Shown: in pieces, positions 1 through 7,878 of the stretch
Numbering within the stretch: position 1 is the stretch's first letter
How the letters are laid out: every line of letters begins with the position of its first letter
IMG/VR virus record: IMGVR_UViG_3300046784_000021
Location: 4,794 to 68,793 of that record
Origin: a virus
Taxonomy: Duplodnaviria > Caudoviricetes
DNA length: 64,000 nt
Reading direction: 5' to 3' (one strand)
Notes under the pieces: model-generated
What the model saw: the letters and a program-made list of their open reading frames with translations, nothing else
What the model was told of the DNA's origin: nothing
Database searches by the model: none
Program-made: the position numbers and the translations under genes

Positions 1-48
1 CTGGCGTTGTTCGAGCCGGGGCGGCGGCGGCGGAATCTCGTCACTCAC
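1..48 (-). CDS. 5' end of a gene running off the window (possibly start of packaging operon)
   Basis: GAGGAGG RBS 6 nt before GTG at 48; reads MSDEIPPPPPRLEQRQ. Confidence 0.45.
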   Translation of the reverse strand, partial: MSDEIPPPPPRLEQRQ

Positions 49-159
49 GAGCCGCCTCCTCCCTCGGGGACGACTCTGTCACCCGGCGGGAGCTCACCCG
101 ATGGTAGATCGGGATCGCCTGCTCGTCGCTGACCATGGATGCCTCCAACGCGTCTTGGT

Positions 160-175
160 ACCTTTGAATCGTAGG
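160..175. promoter_or_regulatory. Repeated motif ACCTTTGAATCGTAG (copy 1)
   Basis: Identical 15-mer at 40085-40099, variant at 40118-40132. Confidence 0.55.
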
Positions 176-213
176 CCAATGTGGCAACTTGGCTTGGATT
201 CGAGTGTTAGGCG

Positions 214-420
214 GTGGTGATGGTGGTCAGCTCGCGGGGCGGCAAGTACGGCTTCGTGTACCGCGCCCGCTTCGCCGTGTACCGGGCCTTGCGCCGCAGG
301 GGCATGTCGAAGACGAAGGCCGCGCAGATCTCCAACGAGGGCCGCACTCATGCCGCGCGCAGTCTCATGGCTCGGAAGGCGGCGCGCACTCGGCGGGCAC
401 GGGGGCGTAAGCGTCACTGA
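214..420 (+). CDS. Small basic hypothetical protein
   Basis: 68 aa Arg/Lys-rich ORF (VYRALRRRGMSKTKAAQISN), protein-like composition. Confidence 0.6.
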   Translation: MVMVVSSRGGKYGFVYRARFAVYRALRRRGMSKTKAAQISNEGRTHAARSLMARKAARTRRARGRKRH

Positions 421-765
421 AGGGTGGCGGCTGGCGGTAGCATCCCCGGACTGCGCGCGCCGGGGTGAGCGCGCGCCTGTGTTGGGGGGTTGCGATGGCT
501 GGTGGGTGCCGAGACTGCCGTACGTGCACGATGCCTGGGTTCGTGCGGGTTGGGCAGGACTGGGGTGTTGGGTTTCTGCATTTGATGACGTGCGGGATCA
601 GTTGGGTGGTGAAGCGGGGGACGGTGCGGCATTGTCCGCAGTGCAAGCATCTGCGGTCGCGTCATGAGCGGCGGGCGGACGGGTCGTTCATGGACTGAGC
701 TGGGGGCTACGACAACGCCCCGGACCGGTGGTGCGGTTCGGGGCGCAGCAGCGGCGAGGCAGCCT

Positions 766-1251
766 TCAGGCAGCCACGCACAGGAGCGCGGATAGGGGCA
801 TCTCGTCCCCATCCTCGTCGAGGACTAGGCCGTTGCGCTCCAGATACGCGGCGTACTCCCCCCGCTGGAGCTGCTCAGCTTCCGCCTTGGAGGCCCTAAT
901 GATCTCGTCGCGGAGACGGAGGATCTCAGTGACGGCCCGTTCCAGACGGCGGCATCCCCACTTGGCGAGGAGCCAGTCCCGCCGGACGCGGTCGTACCAC
1001 TCGGCGGTCATGACGCAGCCGCGGGAGAGGACGCGCCCGACGTGCTCGCCGTGGGCATCGTAGATGTGCCAGCCCTTGAGCGGGTTGAAGCCGGGCCAGC
1101 TGTCGCGAGGCAGGTTGAGGTCGTCGATGAGCTCTTGGGTCTCCTCGCTGGCGAGTTCGGTGGGGGTCATGGGGAGCACTGTGACCTGCTCGTCGTTGGT
1201 GGTGATGGTGTGGAGGGGGGTGCGGCGGGTGGAGGTGACGGTACGGCGCAT
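766..1251 (-). CDS. Phage hypothetical protein
   Basis: AAGGAG RBS before ATG; protein-like composition. Confidence 0.7.
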   Translation of the reverse strand: MRRTVTSTRRTPLHTITTNDEQVTVLPMTPTELASEETQELIDDLNLPRDSWPGFNPLKGWHIYDAHGEHVGRVLSRGCVMTAEWYDRVRRDWLLAKWGCRRLERAVTEILRLRDEIIRASKAEAEQLQRGEYAAYLERNGLVLDEDGDEMPLSALLCVAA

Positions 1252-1261
1252 GGTGGGCTCC

Positions 1262-1678
1262 TTACGCAGCGAGGGCGTCGGCGAGGAGCTCGACGCGGGC
1301 GGTGATCGGCAGGTCGACGGGGTACAGCACAGTGACGGTGGTGAGGCTGCTGATGCGGGCCGGCTTGTCGTCGGCGGCGGGGCGGGGCACTACATAGGCG
1401 GCGCGGTGGGTGGTGTACGAGACGATGCGGTCGGCTCGAAAGCTGCGCGCTTCCCCGGTGGCCCTGTCCATCGCCTTGATCAGGATGTCGCCGGCGTTGC
1501 TCAGGACCACATCGAAGATCTCGATCGTTCGCACCGTCTCGACGAGCTGGCCGGTGCGCTTGTCGGCCTGGTCCTTCTCTTCCTTGAGGTAGGTGATGGT
1601 GACGGGGTGTTGTTTGTCGAGGGCGGTGATGAGGCGGGTGAGGGTGGTGGTGCTGGTCTCGTTCTTGGTGTGCCTCAT
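1262..1678 (-). CDS. Stand-alone WYL-domain protein
   Basis: VTITY...RTIEIFDV...AMDRATGEARSFRADRI matches the WYL fold pattern. Confidence 0.75.
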   Translation of the reverse strand: MRHTKNETSTTTLTRLITALDKQHPVTITYLKEEKDQADKRTGQLVETVRTIEIFDVVLSNAGDILIKAMDRATGEARSFRADRIVSYTTHRAAYVVPRPAADDKPARISSLTTVTVLYPVDLPITARVELLADALAA

Positions 1679-1785
1679 CGGGGCCCCCTTGGTTCATCGG
1701 TAGCGATACCTGCTATCGCTTGCCGTGACTCAGACTATACGCCCGAGGGGGTGGCATCGCAAGCCTGTTGCGGTACCTTGTTCTC

Positions 1786-2088
1786 ATGACAACCCAGGGA
1801 CCCACACTCGACGAGATCGCAGCGGCCGGCGCGCGCCGTCAGCGAGACGCCGACCGCCTCAAGCAGTCCAGCGACGCGTTGAAGGAACTCGTCCTCGACG
1901 CACTACGGGACGGCGAAAACCGCCCTACCGACGTCACCAAGGCGTCAGGCTGGACTGCCGCGCACGTGCGGAAGATGGCGCGCGAGGCTGGCATCGCGCC
2001 GGACGAGCGGTACAAAGAGCGGGCAGAGCGGCTCCGCAAGACCAGCACCCCGGAGCGCCTGGCCGACAGCGAGGAGACGACCACATGA
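1786..2088 (+). CDS. Small HTH DNA-binding protein
   Basis: RPTDVTKASGWTAAHVRKMAR HTH-like; divergent from WYL gene. Confidence 0.65.
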   Translation: MTTQGPTLDEIAAAGARRQRDADRLKQSSDALKELVLDALRDGENRPTDVTKASGWTAAHVRKMAREAGIAPDERYKERAERLRKTSTPERLADSEETTT

Positions 2089-2360
2089 GCGCAGCAGAAG
2101 CCCCCCTGACTCCACGCGAGCGACTGATCCGGCAGCTTCGGAATCCCGGGCCCGTTGGCCTGGACGAGTACGACGCGGACCAGCTCATCGGCGAGTACGC
2201 GACCGAGCTGGCAGGGGAAATCCGCGCAACACGCGACGACATGGCCGTACCTGGGATTGAACCTGAGTTCCTCGACGGCATGAGCTACGCAGCCAACGGC
2301 ATCGACCCGAACATCTACGAACGCGAACGCCCGCAGAACAGCGAGGGGACCGCCGGATGA
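2085..2360 (+). CDS. Hypothetical protein (AHELAEQIR-like family)
   Basis: ATGA overlap with upstream gene; EYATELAGEIRA...AANGIDP. Confidence 0.6.
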   Translation: MSAAEAPLTPRERLIRQLRNPGPVGLDEYDADQLIGEYATELAGEIRATRDDMAVPGIEPEFLDGMSYAANGIDPNIYERERPQNSEGTAG

Positions 2361-2614
2361 GCGCGCGCGCAGACCTGTTCCACCGTCTCGTCGTCGATGC
2401 CGGGCTCAGCCCGCACTGGGCCGACCGGCAGATCGACGACTTCGCGCACGAACTCGCCGAACAGATCCGCGCCGAGGCTGGGCGCCCCCGAAAGCTGGAC
2501 GAGAGCGTGATGGGCCGGAATCTACGCCGCACCCGATTCCGGCAGGCCGCCGACCTCATCGACCCGCACGTCGGCGCGGGTCCGGTGCGCCCGGATGAGG
2601 AGCCCACACCATGA
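2357..2614 (+). CDS. Hypothetical protein (AHELAEQIR family)
   Basis: ATGA overlap; DFAHELAEQIRA...AADLIDP. Confidence 0.7.
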   Translation: MSARADLFHRLVVDAGLSPHWADRQIDDFAHELAEQIRAEAGRPRKLDESVMGRNLRRTRFRQAADLIDPHVGAGPVRPDEEPTP

Positions 2615-2937
2615 CCTTTCCGAACCTCAGTCCGACAAGCCGGAACGGCGACCCGCGCTGTGGGTCCCGAGACACTGACACAGGCCCCACCTGCGGTGCA
2701 CCCGCCATCTGGCACGTTGCGTGGCACCTCACCCCGACGGCAAAGTTCTCGCTCATCTGCGAGCGGCACATGGCGCAGGCGCAGAACACCTTCGTCTACG
2801 CGGACCGACACCCGGTGAACGTCGTCTGCGACATGCCCGGCACCGGGTGGGCGATCGAGGATCCCAGCTTCTGCGTGCTCCCGCCCGAAGCAACCGACCG
2901 CCCGTTCTTGGCGATGAGAGAACAACCCACAGCATGA
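2611..2937 (+). CDS. Cys-rich hypothetical protein
   Basis: ATGA overlap; spaced Cys/His residues. Confidence 0.65.
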   Translation: MTFPNLSPTSRNGDPRCGSRDTDTGPTCGAPAIWHVAWHLTPTAKFSLICERHMAQAQNTFVYADRHPVNVVCDMPGTGWAIEDPSFCVLPPEATDRPFLAMREQPTA

Positions 2938-3041
2938 CGACGGCCCGCCCGACCAGGCGGAATGGGTGGGGCCCCGCTGCGGCGGGTTGCGCGGCGGGGC
3001 CTGTTTCGTGGCGGATGGCGTCTCGGTGCGCGGTGCGGCTG

Positions 3042-3623
3042 TTACGGCCGCCATTCCTCGCGGTAGTCGGGGTGGTCCGCGTGCACGGCGGCCTTGCCCT
3101 TGGCCCACGTCTCCATCACGCGCAGCATGGCGGGCAGGTAGTCGGCCTCGCGCCGGAGTGCTCGCTGTCGCACGTCCGGCGACCCGACGCCCTCCCATTG
3201 GCCGGTGCGTTCCTCGTGCTCGATATCGGCGGCAAGTTCAGCGGCTGCCCTTTGGTGCGCGTCGTGGGCACGCAGTAGTCGCTCGTATTGGCGGAGCAAC
3301 TCGCGGTCGATCTCGATCTCGGCGAGGACGCGGGCCGGGTCGTGACGGGCGATGTGGGCTGCGTCGGCCATGCTCTGCGGATCGTCGGTCTCGCCCGTGC
3401 CTGCGACGCACACCGCTTCCTCGCCCGCCGGCCCGGCGAACACGGCTTCCTCAAACCATGACGTGCCCGGCTTCCGCCAGTGCTTCTGCGGGTCGTGCCG
3501 CCACGGGCCCGGAGTCGCTGATCGGGCCGTCCTCTCCTCTTCGTCGAAGCGGGCGCGGAGGAACGCCACCCGCTCGGCGCTCGCGCGGTCGGCGGCTGTC
3601 TCGTGCGGTTCGATTTCGCTCAT
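3042..3623 (-). CDS. DUF6221-like protein
   Basis: FLRARFDEEE...ARHDPARVLAEIE...ADHPDYREEWRP. Confidence 0.8.
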   Translation of the reverse strand: MSEIEPHETAADRASAERVAFLRARFDEEERTARSATPGPWRHDPQKHWRKPGTSWFEEAVFAGPAGEEAVCVAGTGETDDPQSMADAAHIARHDPARVLAEIEIDRELLRQYERLLRAHDAHQRAAAELAADIEHEERTGQWEGVGSPDVRQRALRREADYLPAMLRVMETWAKGKAAVHADHPDYREEWRP

Positions 3624-3913
3624 GGGGTGGTCTCCTCGTCTGGGCGGACCGGGCCCGCGCCGTTGATGGTCGGGTACAGGTCCGGGAAGGCGAGGCACGC
3701 GTCGGCTACCAGCGCCATTATCTGCGAGTCCTTCGGTACGCCCTCCTTCCGGTCGCGCACGAGGCCCTGGACGTAGCCCATGACGGCGGCGTCGTGGAAG
3801 AGGCCGCGCTCGCGGTCGGTGAGGTTGGCCTGGAGTCGCTCATAGGCGGCGGCGCGGGCGGCGTCCCGTGCCGTCAGGTAAGCGACCAGGGGCTCGGGCA
3901 GGTTCTCGCTCAT
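3620..3913 (-). CDS. Hypothetical protein
   Basis: Coupled ORF, protein-like; ends GAGPVRPDEETTP. Confidence 0.65.
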   Translation of the reverse strand: MSENLPEPLVAYLTARDAARAAAYERLQANLTDRERGLFHDAAVMGYVQGLVRDRKEGVPKDSQIMALVADACLAFPDLYPTINGAGPVRPDEETTP

Positions 3914-3926
3914 GGGGTGGATTCTC

Positions 3927-4271
3927 CTACTCGGGTGTGATGGCTTCGATGATCGTGCGGTGGGGGTTGTTGGGGTCGGGTCTGCGGTAGATCAACATCC
4001 CCTCTCGGCGGACAACAGTGGTCCCATCTGCGGGTTTGTCGCCAGAAGAGGGGCCGCTCCCCGGTGGGGGAGCGGGGTTAGCTGCATCACTCATGGATTT
4101 CTGGTGGCGTGCTGCGCGCCATAGCGCGATCGTGCCGACCGTCCACACGGTGAGGACTCCGGCCGCGTCCGATGCTGCGAACAGGGCCGCCAGTGCCCCG
4201 CCGCCGAGGAGGACGAGCACGCACGCGCCAGCGGCCGGGCTGCCCGTCTCCTCTTCCTCGGTGTCGGTCAT
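3927..4271 (-). CDS. Membrane protein
   Basis: Two hydrophobic segments; ATGA overlap. Confidence 0.6.
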   Translation of the reverse strand: MTDTEEEETGSPAAGACVLVLLGGGALAALFAASDAAGVLTVWTVGTIALWRAARHQKSMSDAANPAPPPGSGPSSGDKPADGTTVVRREGMLIYRRPDPNNPHRTIIEAITPE

Positions 4272-4780
4272 CCGACGGCCCCGTACACGGTGTCTCCGAT
4301 GATGTTCATTGCCTGTGCGAGCGGGACCGCAGCGTGGCCGGCCACGCCGGACGAGATGCCGAGTGTGATTCCGCACCACGTTCCCAGCAGCAGATCCCGT
4401 CGATATTTCGCGCTGCACTTGATGGCCGTCATGATGCCGACGGTGCAAATGAGTACCAGTCCGTTGCCCGTGGCGGTGAGGGGTAGGTAGTGGCCGCCGG
4501 TGCCGTGCTGACCCCATTCTCCGCCGACTCCATACACGAGAGCCGCGTCCCCCAGCCAGTTGCTGAGCCACAGCCAGCCGCGGGCTGCCCAGCCGATAGC
4601 GCCACCAATGGCGAGGATCGTGAGGACGCCGTAGGACCAGGCGAGGATGAAGGGCAGCAGCTTGCCGAGGTACTGCTGGGGGCGTTTCTGGAGGGACTTC
4701 AGCCCTGGCCACCACATGATGACGGTGGCGAGGAGGATGCAGATTCCGATGGTTACGCCGCCGATGGTGACGTACGTCAT
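4268..4780 (-). CDS. Multi-pass membrane protein
   Basis: MTYVTIGGVTIGICILLATVIMWW..., several TM-like segments. Confidence 0.7.
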   Translation of the reverse strand: MTYVTIGGVTIGICILLATVIMWWPGLKSLQKRPQQYLGKLLPFILAWSYGVLTILAIGGAIGWAARGWLWLSNWLGDAALVYGVGGEWGQHGTGGHYLPLTATGNGLVLICTVGIMTAIKCSAKYRRDLLLGTWCGITLGISSGVAGHAAVPLAQAMNIIGDTVYGAVG

Positions 4781-4791
4781 GGGTGGGGTCC

Positions 4792-4911
4792 TTAGCGGGG
4801 TGTGTGGTTGCGGCGGGTGCGGCGCCGGGCGCGGGGGTGCACTGCGAGGAGCGCGGCGAGTGCGCCTAGACCGGCGGTGGCGAATGCGAGTGCGATGAGC
4901 CAGGGCTGCAT
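4792..4911 (-). CDS. 39-aa single-TM protein (not in ORF track)
   Basis: AGGAG RBS; MQPWLIALAFATAGLGALAALLAVHPRARRRTRRNHTPR. Confidence 0.5.
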   Translation of the reverse strand: MQPWLIALAFATAGLGALAALLAVHPRARRRTRRNHTPR

Positions 4912-4944
4912 TCGGATGCTCCTGGTGACGGGTGCGGGTGCGGC

Positions 4945-5745
4945 TCAGCTGGCTGCGGCGAGTGCGTCGCGGATGCGCTGGGCGCGTGTCTGGCCGATGC
5001 CGAGTTCGCGCTGCATCCGGCGGAGCGAGAGCGGGCCGGTTGCCTGGAGGGCGAGGGCTTGTTCGATGAGTTCGTCGTCGGATGCGGTGCCGGTGGCGCT
5101 GGCGGCGGGTGCAGCCGGGTGCGCATCCGCATCCGGGCTGGGCTCGGTACGTCCCGCCTGCGCCGGGTCGGGCTCGGTGTCGGCGACCGGGTGCGCATCC
5201 GCTGCGGGGAGTGCCGGGCGCGCATCCGGCGGAACCGGGAGCTGGGAGGCGGGTGCGTCTGGGTGCGGTACGGCCGTGGAGGCGAGCGCGGTTGCCTCGG
5301 ATGCGGCTTGGTCGAATGCGGCGGATGCGGATGCGGGCGCTCCCACTTGGATGCGGTCGAGGGCCTCGTGGACCTGTCGCATGAGTGCGCCGAATGCGAT
5401 CAGCGCGGCTGACGGTGGGACGGCTGCGACGACGTATTCCATCGGCTGCGCGTGGTCGCCGACGCCGAAGACGTTGAGTGCGATAGAGCCGAGGGATCCG
5501 ACTGCGGCGAGTGCGTATGCCCACCCGTCGACGGTGGCGCGGAGGGATGCGCGGAGGACGAGGAGCTCCCCGGTGATGATGAAGAGGTCGACGGTTGCGG
5601 GCCATGCCCAGGCGCGGGCTCCGTCGAGGCCGTTGCTGCCAGCGATGTCGTGGAGGTGTTCGTAGGAGAGCCAGAAGGCGGCTGCGGTGAGGGCGATGGT
5701 GACGATGGCTGCGCCCGCGGCGAGTGCTGCGGTCGGGTTTTTCAC
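4945..5745 (-). CDS. DUF2637 membrane protein (SpdA-like) with C-terminal HTH
   Basis: AAFWLSYEHLHDIA...AWAWPATVDLFI; C-terminal LSLRRMQRELGIGQTRAQRIRD. Confidence 0.8.
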   Translation of the reverse strand: MKNPTAALAAGAAIVTIALTAAAFWLSYEHLHDIAGSNGLDGARAWAWPATVDLFIITGELLVLRASLRATVDGWAYALAAVGSLGSIALNVFGVGDHAQPMEYVVAAVPPSAALIAFGALMRQVHEALDRIQVGAPASASAAFDQAASEATALASTAVPHPDAPASQLPVPPDARPALPAADAHPVADTEPDPAQAGRTEPSPDADAHPAAPAASATGTASDDELIEQALALQATGPLSLRRMQRELGIGQTRAQRIRDALAAAS

Positions 5746-5811
5746 GGTGGCTGCTCCGGGGCGTGGGTGGCCGGGCCCGCGGGTGGTGCAGGCCCGGCCG
5801 GTCGGGTGGGG

Positions 5812-6000
5812 TCAGTTGAAGCGGCGGCGATCGCGCTCTTCCCACTGCTCGGCCTTGGCGGCGGCGAGTGCGACGCCTTGGTGGTGGCGCTCGCGACGTT
5901 TGCGTGCGGCTTTGGCAGTGGCGGATTCGCGGTCGGCGTACTTTGTGGCCGCGAGCTCGCGGTCGCGGGCGGGGCTGAAGAAAAGGTCGCGGAGCTTCAC
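5812..6000 (-). CDS. Small basic hypothetical protein
   Basis: GTGA overlap; VKLRDLFFSPARDRELAATKY. Confidence 0.55.
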   Translation of the reverse strand: MKLRDLFFSPARDRELAATKYADRESATAKAARKRRERHHQGVALAAAKAEQWEERDRRRFN

Positions 6001-6143
6001 CGGTCGTCCTCGGGCTGTTGTTCGGTTTGGCGGAGTTCTTCGCAGCGGGCTGCGGCTGTGGGGCCGGGTCGGGCTGCGAGGATCTCGGCGATTTCCTGCC
6101 AGGTGACGTCGCCGTGCTGCTGCTTGGGGAGGTAGCCGCTCAT
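5997..6143 (-). CDS. Small hypothetical protein
   Basis: ATGA overlap with upstream ORF. Confidence 0.5.
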   Translation of the reverse strand: MSGYLPKQQHGDVTWQEIAEILAARPGPTAAARCEELRQTEQQPEDDR

Positions 6144-6328
6144 CGCATGCCGCCTTGGGCGCTGGCGATGGTGAGGGCGAGCTGGTCGCGTGCTGCTCCG
6201 GCTGCCGTGTCGGGGTCGCGCTGCTGGTAGTCGGCGGCGCATCGGTCCACGGTGGCGGGTTGGTCGAGGATGCTGTGGCCGAGCGGGGTGCTGGGCGGCG
6301 TGGTGGGCGCGCAGATACGATCGGGCAC
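6140..6328 (-). CDS. Small hypothetical protein
   Basis: CAGGAG RBS before GTG (VPDRICAP...). Confidence 0.55.
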   Translation of the reverse strand: MPDRICAPTTPPSTPLGHSILDQPATVDRCAADYQQRDPDTAAGAARDQLALTIASAQGGMR

Positions 6329-6360
6329 GTTCGTCTCCTGTGTACGCAGGTGGCGGATTT

Positions 6361-6472
6361 CCCGGCCCGTGTGCAACCGCGGGTCGGGGTTGAGGCCCTG
6401 CCGGCCGTGCAACCGACCGGCAGGGCCGCTTTCATCAGCCCCGATCTCGTGTGCAACCACGAGGTCGGGGCT
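6361..6472. repeat. Three tandem stem-loops sharing loop TGCAAC
   Basis: Stems of 11, 14 and 15 bp (GU/mismatch allowed); loops at 6372-6377, 6408-6413, 6452-6457. Confidence 0.85.
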
Positions 6473-6500
6473 TTGTGCTGCGGTACAGACACTAGAACAC

Positions 6501-6520
6501 GACTTGCCATGTGGCAAGTC
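6501..6520. promoter_or_regulatory. Perfect inverted repeat, candidate operator
   Basis: GACTTGCCA-TG-TGGCAAGTC in a divergent intergenic region. Confidence 0.6.
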
Positions 6521-6530
6521 AGAGGGGATG

Positions 6531-6809
6531 ATGGTGCAAGACGGGTCGAACAAAGAACAGGAGGTGCCGGACTTGGTGACCTTCCGAGAAGCCGCCCGCC
6601 GCGTGACATCAGAAAAGATCGCGCCGTCTATGACTCACCAGCGGGTGTCTCAGCTCAGCCGGGACGACCCAAACTTCCCACCGGTCCAAGTGGTCGGCCG
6701 CTCGAAGGTCATCGACTGGAACCTTGGTCGGCCGTACTTCGTGGCACACGCCGCAAAGGCTGCTCAGCGGGACAGTCGACGACGGCAGGACACGGCGACC
6801 GACGAGTAG
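6531..6809 (+). CDS. Small HTH (Xis/AlpA-like) DNA-binding protein
   Basis: LVTFREAARRV...THQRVSQLSRDDPNFPPV. Confidence 0.65.
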   Translation: MVQDGSNKEQEVPDLVTFREAARRVTSEKIAPSMTHQRVSQLSRDDPNFPPVQVVGRSKVIDWNLGRPYFVAHAAKAAQRDSRRRQDTATDE

Positions 6810-6962
6810 CCGGACAGCAGAACGGCCGGGCGGACTCCTACATCCACCCGGCCGAGAACCAGCGGGATCCAGCCCGCTGATCAACACCCACTGAGAAAGG
6901 TGCCGCACGATGGTACCCACATTTGTCACGCTCGGCTGCGCCGCCCCGGCGGTGGCTTCCCG

Positions 6963-7859
6963 GTGATCGAAAACCTGCGCGGGCGCAGCACGGAGACGAA
7001 GTACGGCCGGATCCCCCTGTGGCTCTACGAGACCGGCGTGCCGCTCCAGGCCATCGCTGCGTACGGCTGGCTACACGGCCGCTACGGGCACTACGAGCGC
7101 GTCATGCCCAGCTACAAGACCTTGGCCAAGGAGCTTGGCGTCAGCAAGGGCAGCGCCGTGGCTTACGTCAAAGCGCTGATGTCCGTCGGCGCGCTGCGGG
7201 TCGAGACGTCCGGCGCGGCGGCCCAGAAGCCGAACGAGTACGTCATCGCCTTCAACGAGCCCTTCGAGGTGGTGGAACAGCAGGCGACAGCCGGTCAGCA
7301 TGCTGACCCGGTCAGCCAGTTGGTACGAAGGGGTCAGCGGGCTGACCGGAGGGGTCAGCCAGTTGGTCACGAAGAAGACGTTCTTAAAAAGACAGAAGAC
7401 TCTCTCTCCTCGCCGTCACCAAGCGCGCCACCCGCACCTCCCGCAGCCAGCAGCGAGAGAGAGACGATTGCTACGCCCCACAACAGCAGCGAGGCACACC
7501 AAGCCCTCGCCGCCTACGAGGAAGCCCTCGGCGGCACAGCCCTGCCCGCCGTCCGCCGCCAGCTCCTCGCCGACGCAACCGAGCTGCTGACCGCCCGACC
7601 AGCCTGGTGGGTCATCGACCGCGCCCGGGAGCTCCCCCGGTACGGCAGCAGCCTGTCGAAGCACGCGGCGATGTCCCGCGCGCCGCTCGCCCGCCCGCAG
7701 CACGCCGGAACGGTCGCCGCCGCGCCGGGGGACGGCCTGCCGCCGTGGTGCGGGCACTGCGCCGACGAAGAGCCCGCAGCCCGCCACAACACCCGACTGC
7801 GCACCATCAACGGCGCGCCCTGCCCGGCCTGCCACCCCGACGCCCTCGCCGCCGCCTGA
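6963..7859 (+). CDS. Replication initiator-like protein (N-terminal wHTH), module 2
   Basis: MPSYKTLAKELGVSKGSAVAYVKAL HTH; internal iteron-like repeats; directly upstream of dnaB; GTG start overlaps stop of an 18-aa ORF at 6910-6966 (track start 6900). Confidence 0.7.
   Translation: MIENLRGRSTETKYGRIPLWLYETGVPLQAIAAYGWLHGRYGHYERVMPSYKTLAKELGVSKGSAVAYVKALMSVGALRVETSGAAAQKPNEYVIAFNEPFEVVEQQATAGQHADPVSQLVRRGQRADRRGQPVGHEEDVLKKTEDSLSSPSPSAPPAPPAASSERETIATPHNSSEAHQALAAYEEALGGTALPAVRRQLLADATELLTARPAWWVIDRARELPRYGSSLSKHAAMSRAPLARPQHAGTVAAAPGDGLPPWCGHCADEEPAARHNTRLRTINGAPCPACHPDALAAA
7293..7368. repeat. Four 16-bp iteron-like repeats GGTCAGC-N4-TG(A/G)(C/T)(C/A)
   Basis: Copies at 7293, 7310, 7332, 7353; copies 1 and 3 palindromic. 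Confidence 0.7.
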
Positions 7860-7878
7860 ACCCGAACAGGATCGTCTG

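Noticed and set aside
350-812. Overlapping ORFs 365-646, 414-812 and 350-667
   Set aside because: No frame has a convincing RBS, composition or motif; left uncalled
4268-5845. 525-aa minus ORF in the track
   Set aside because: Only the last 170 codons (from ATG 4780) look real; the upstream Arg/Pro-rich part overlaps DUF2637 in another frame
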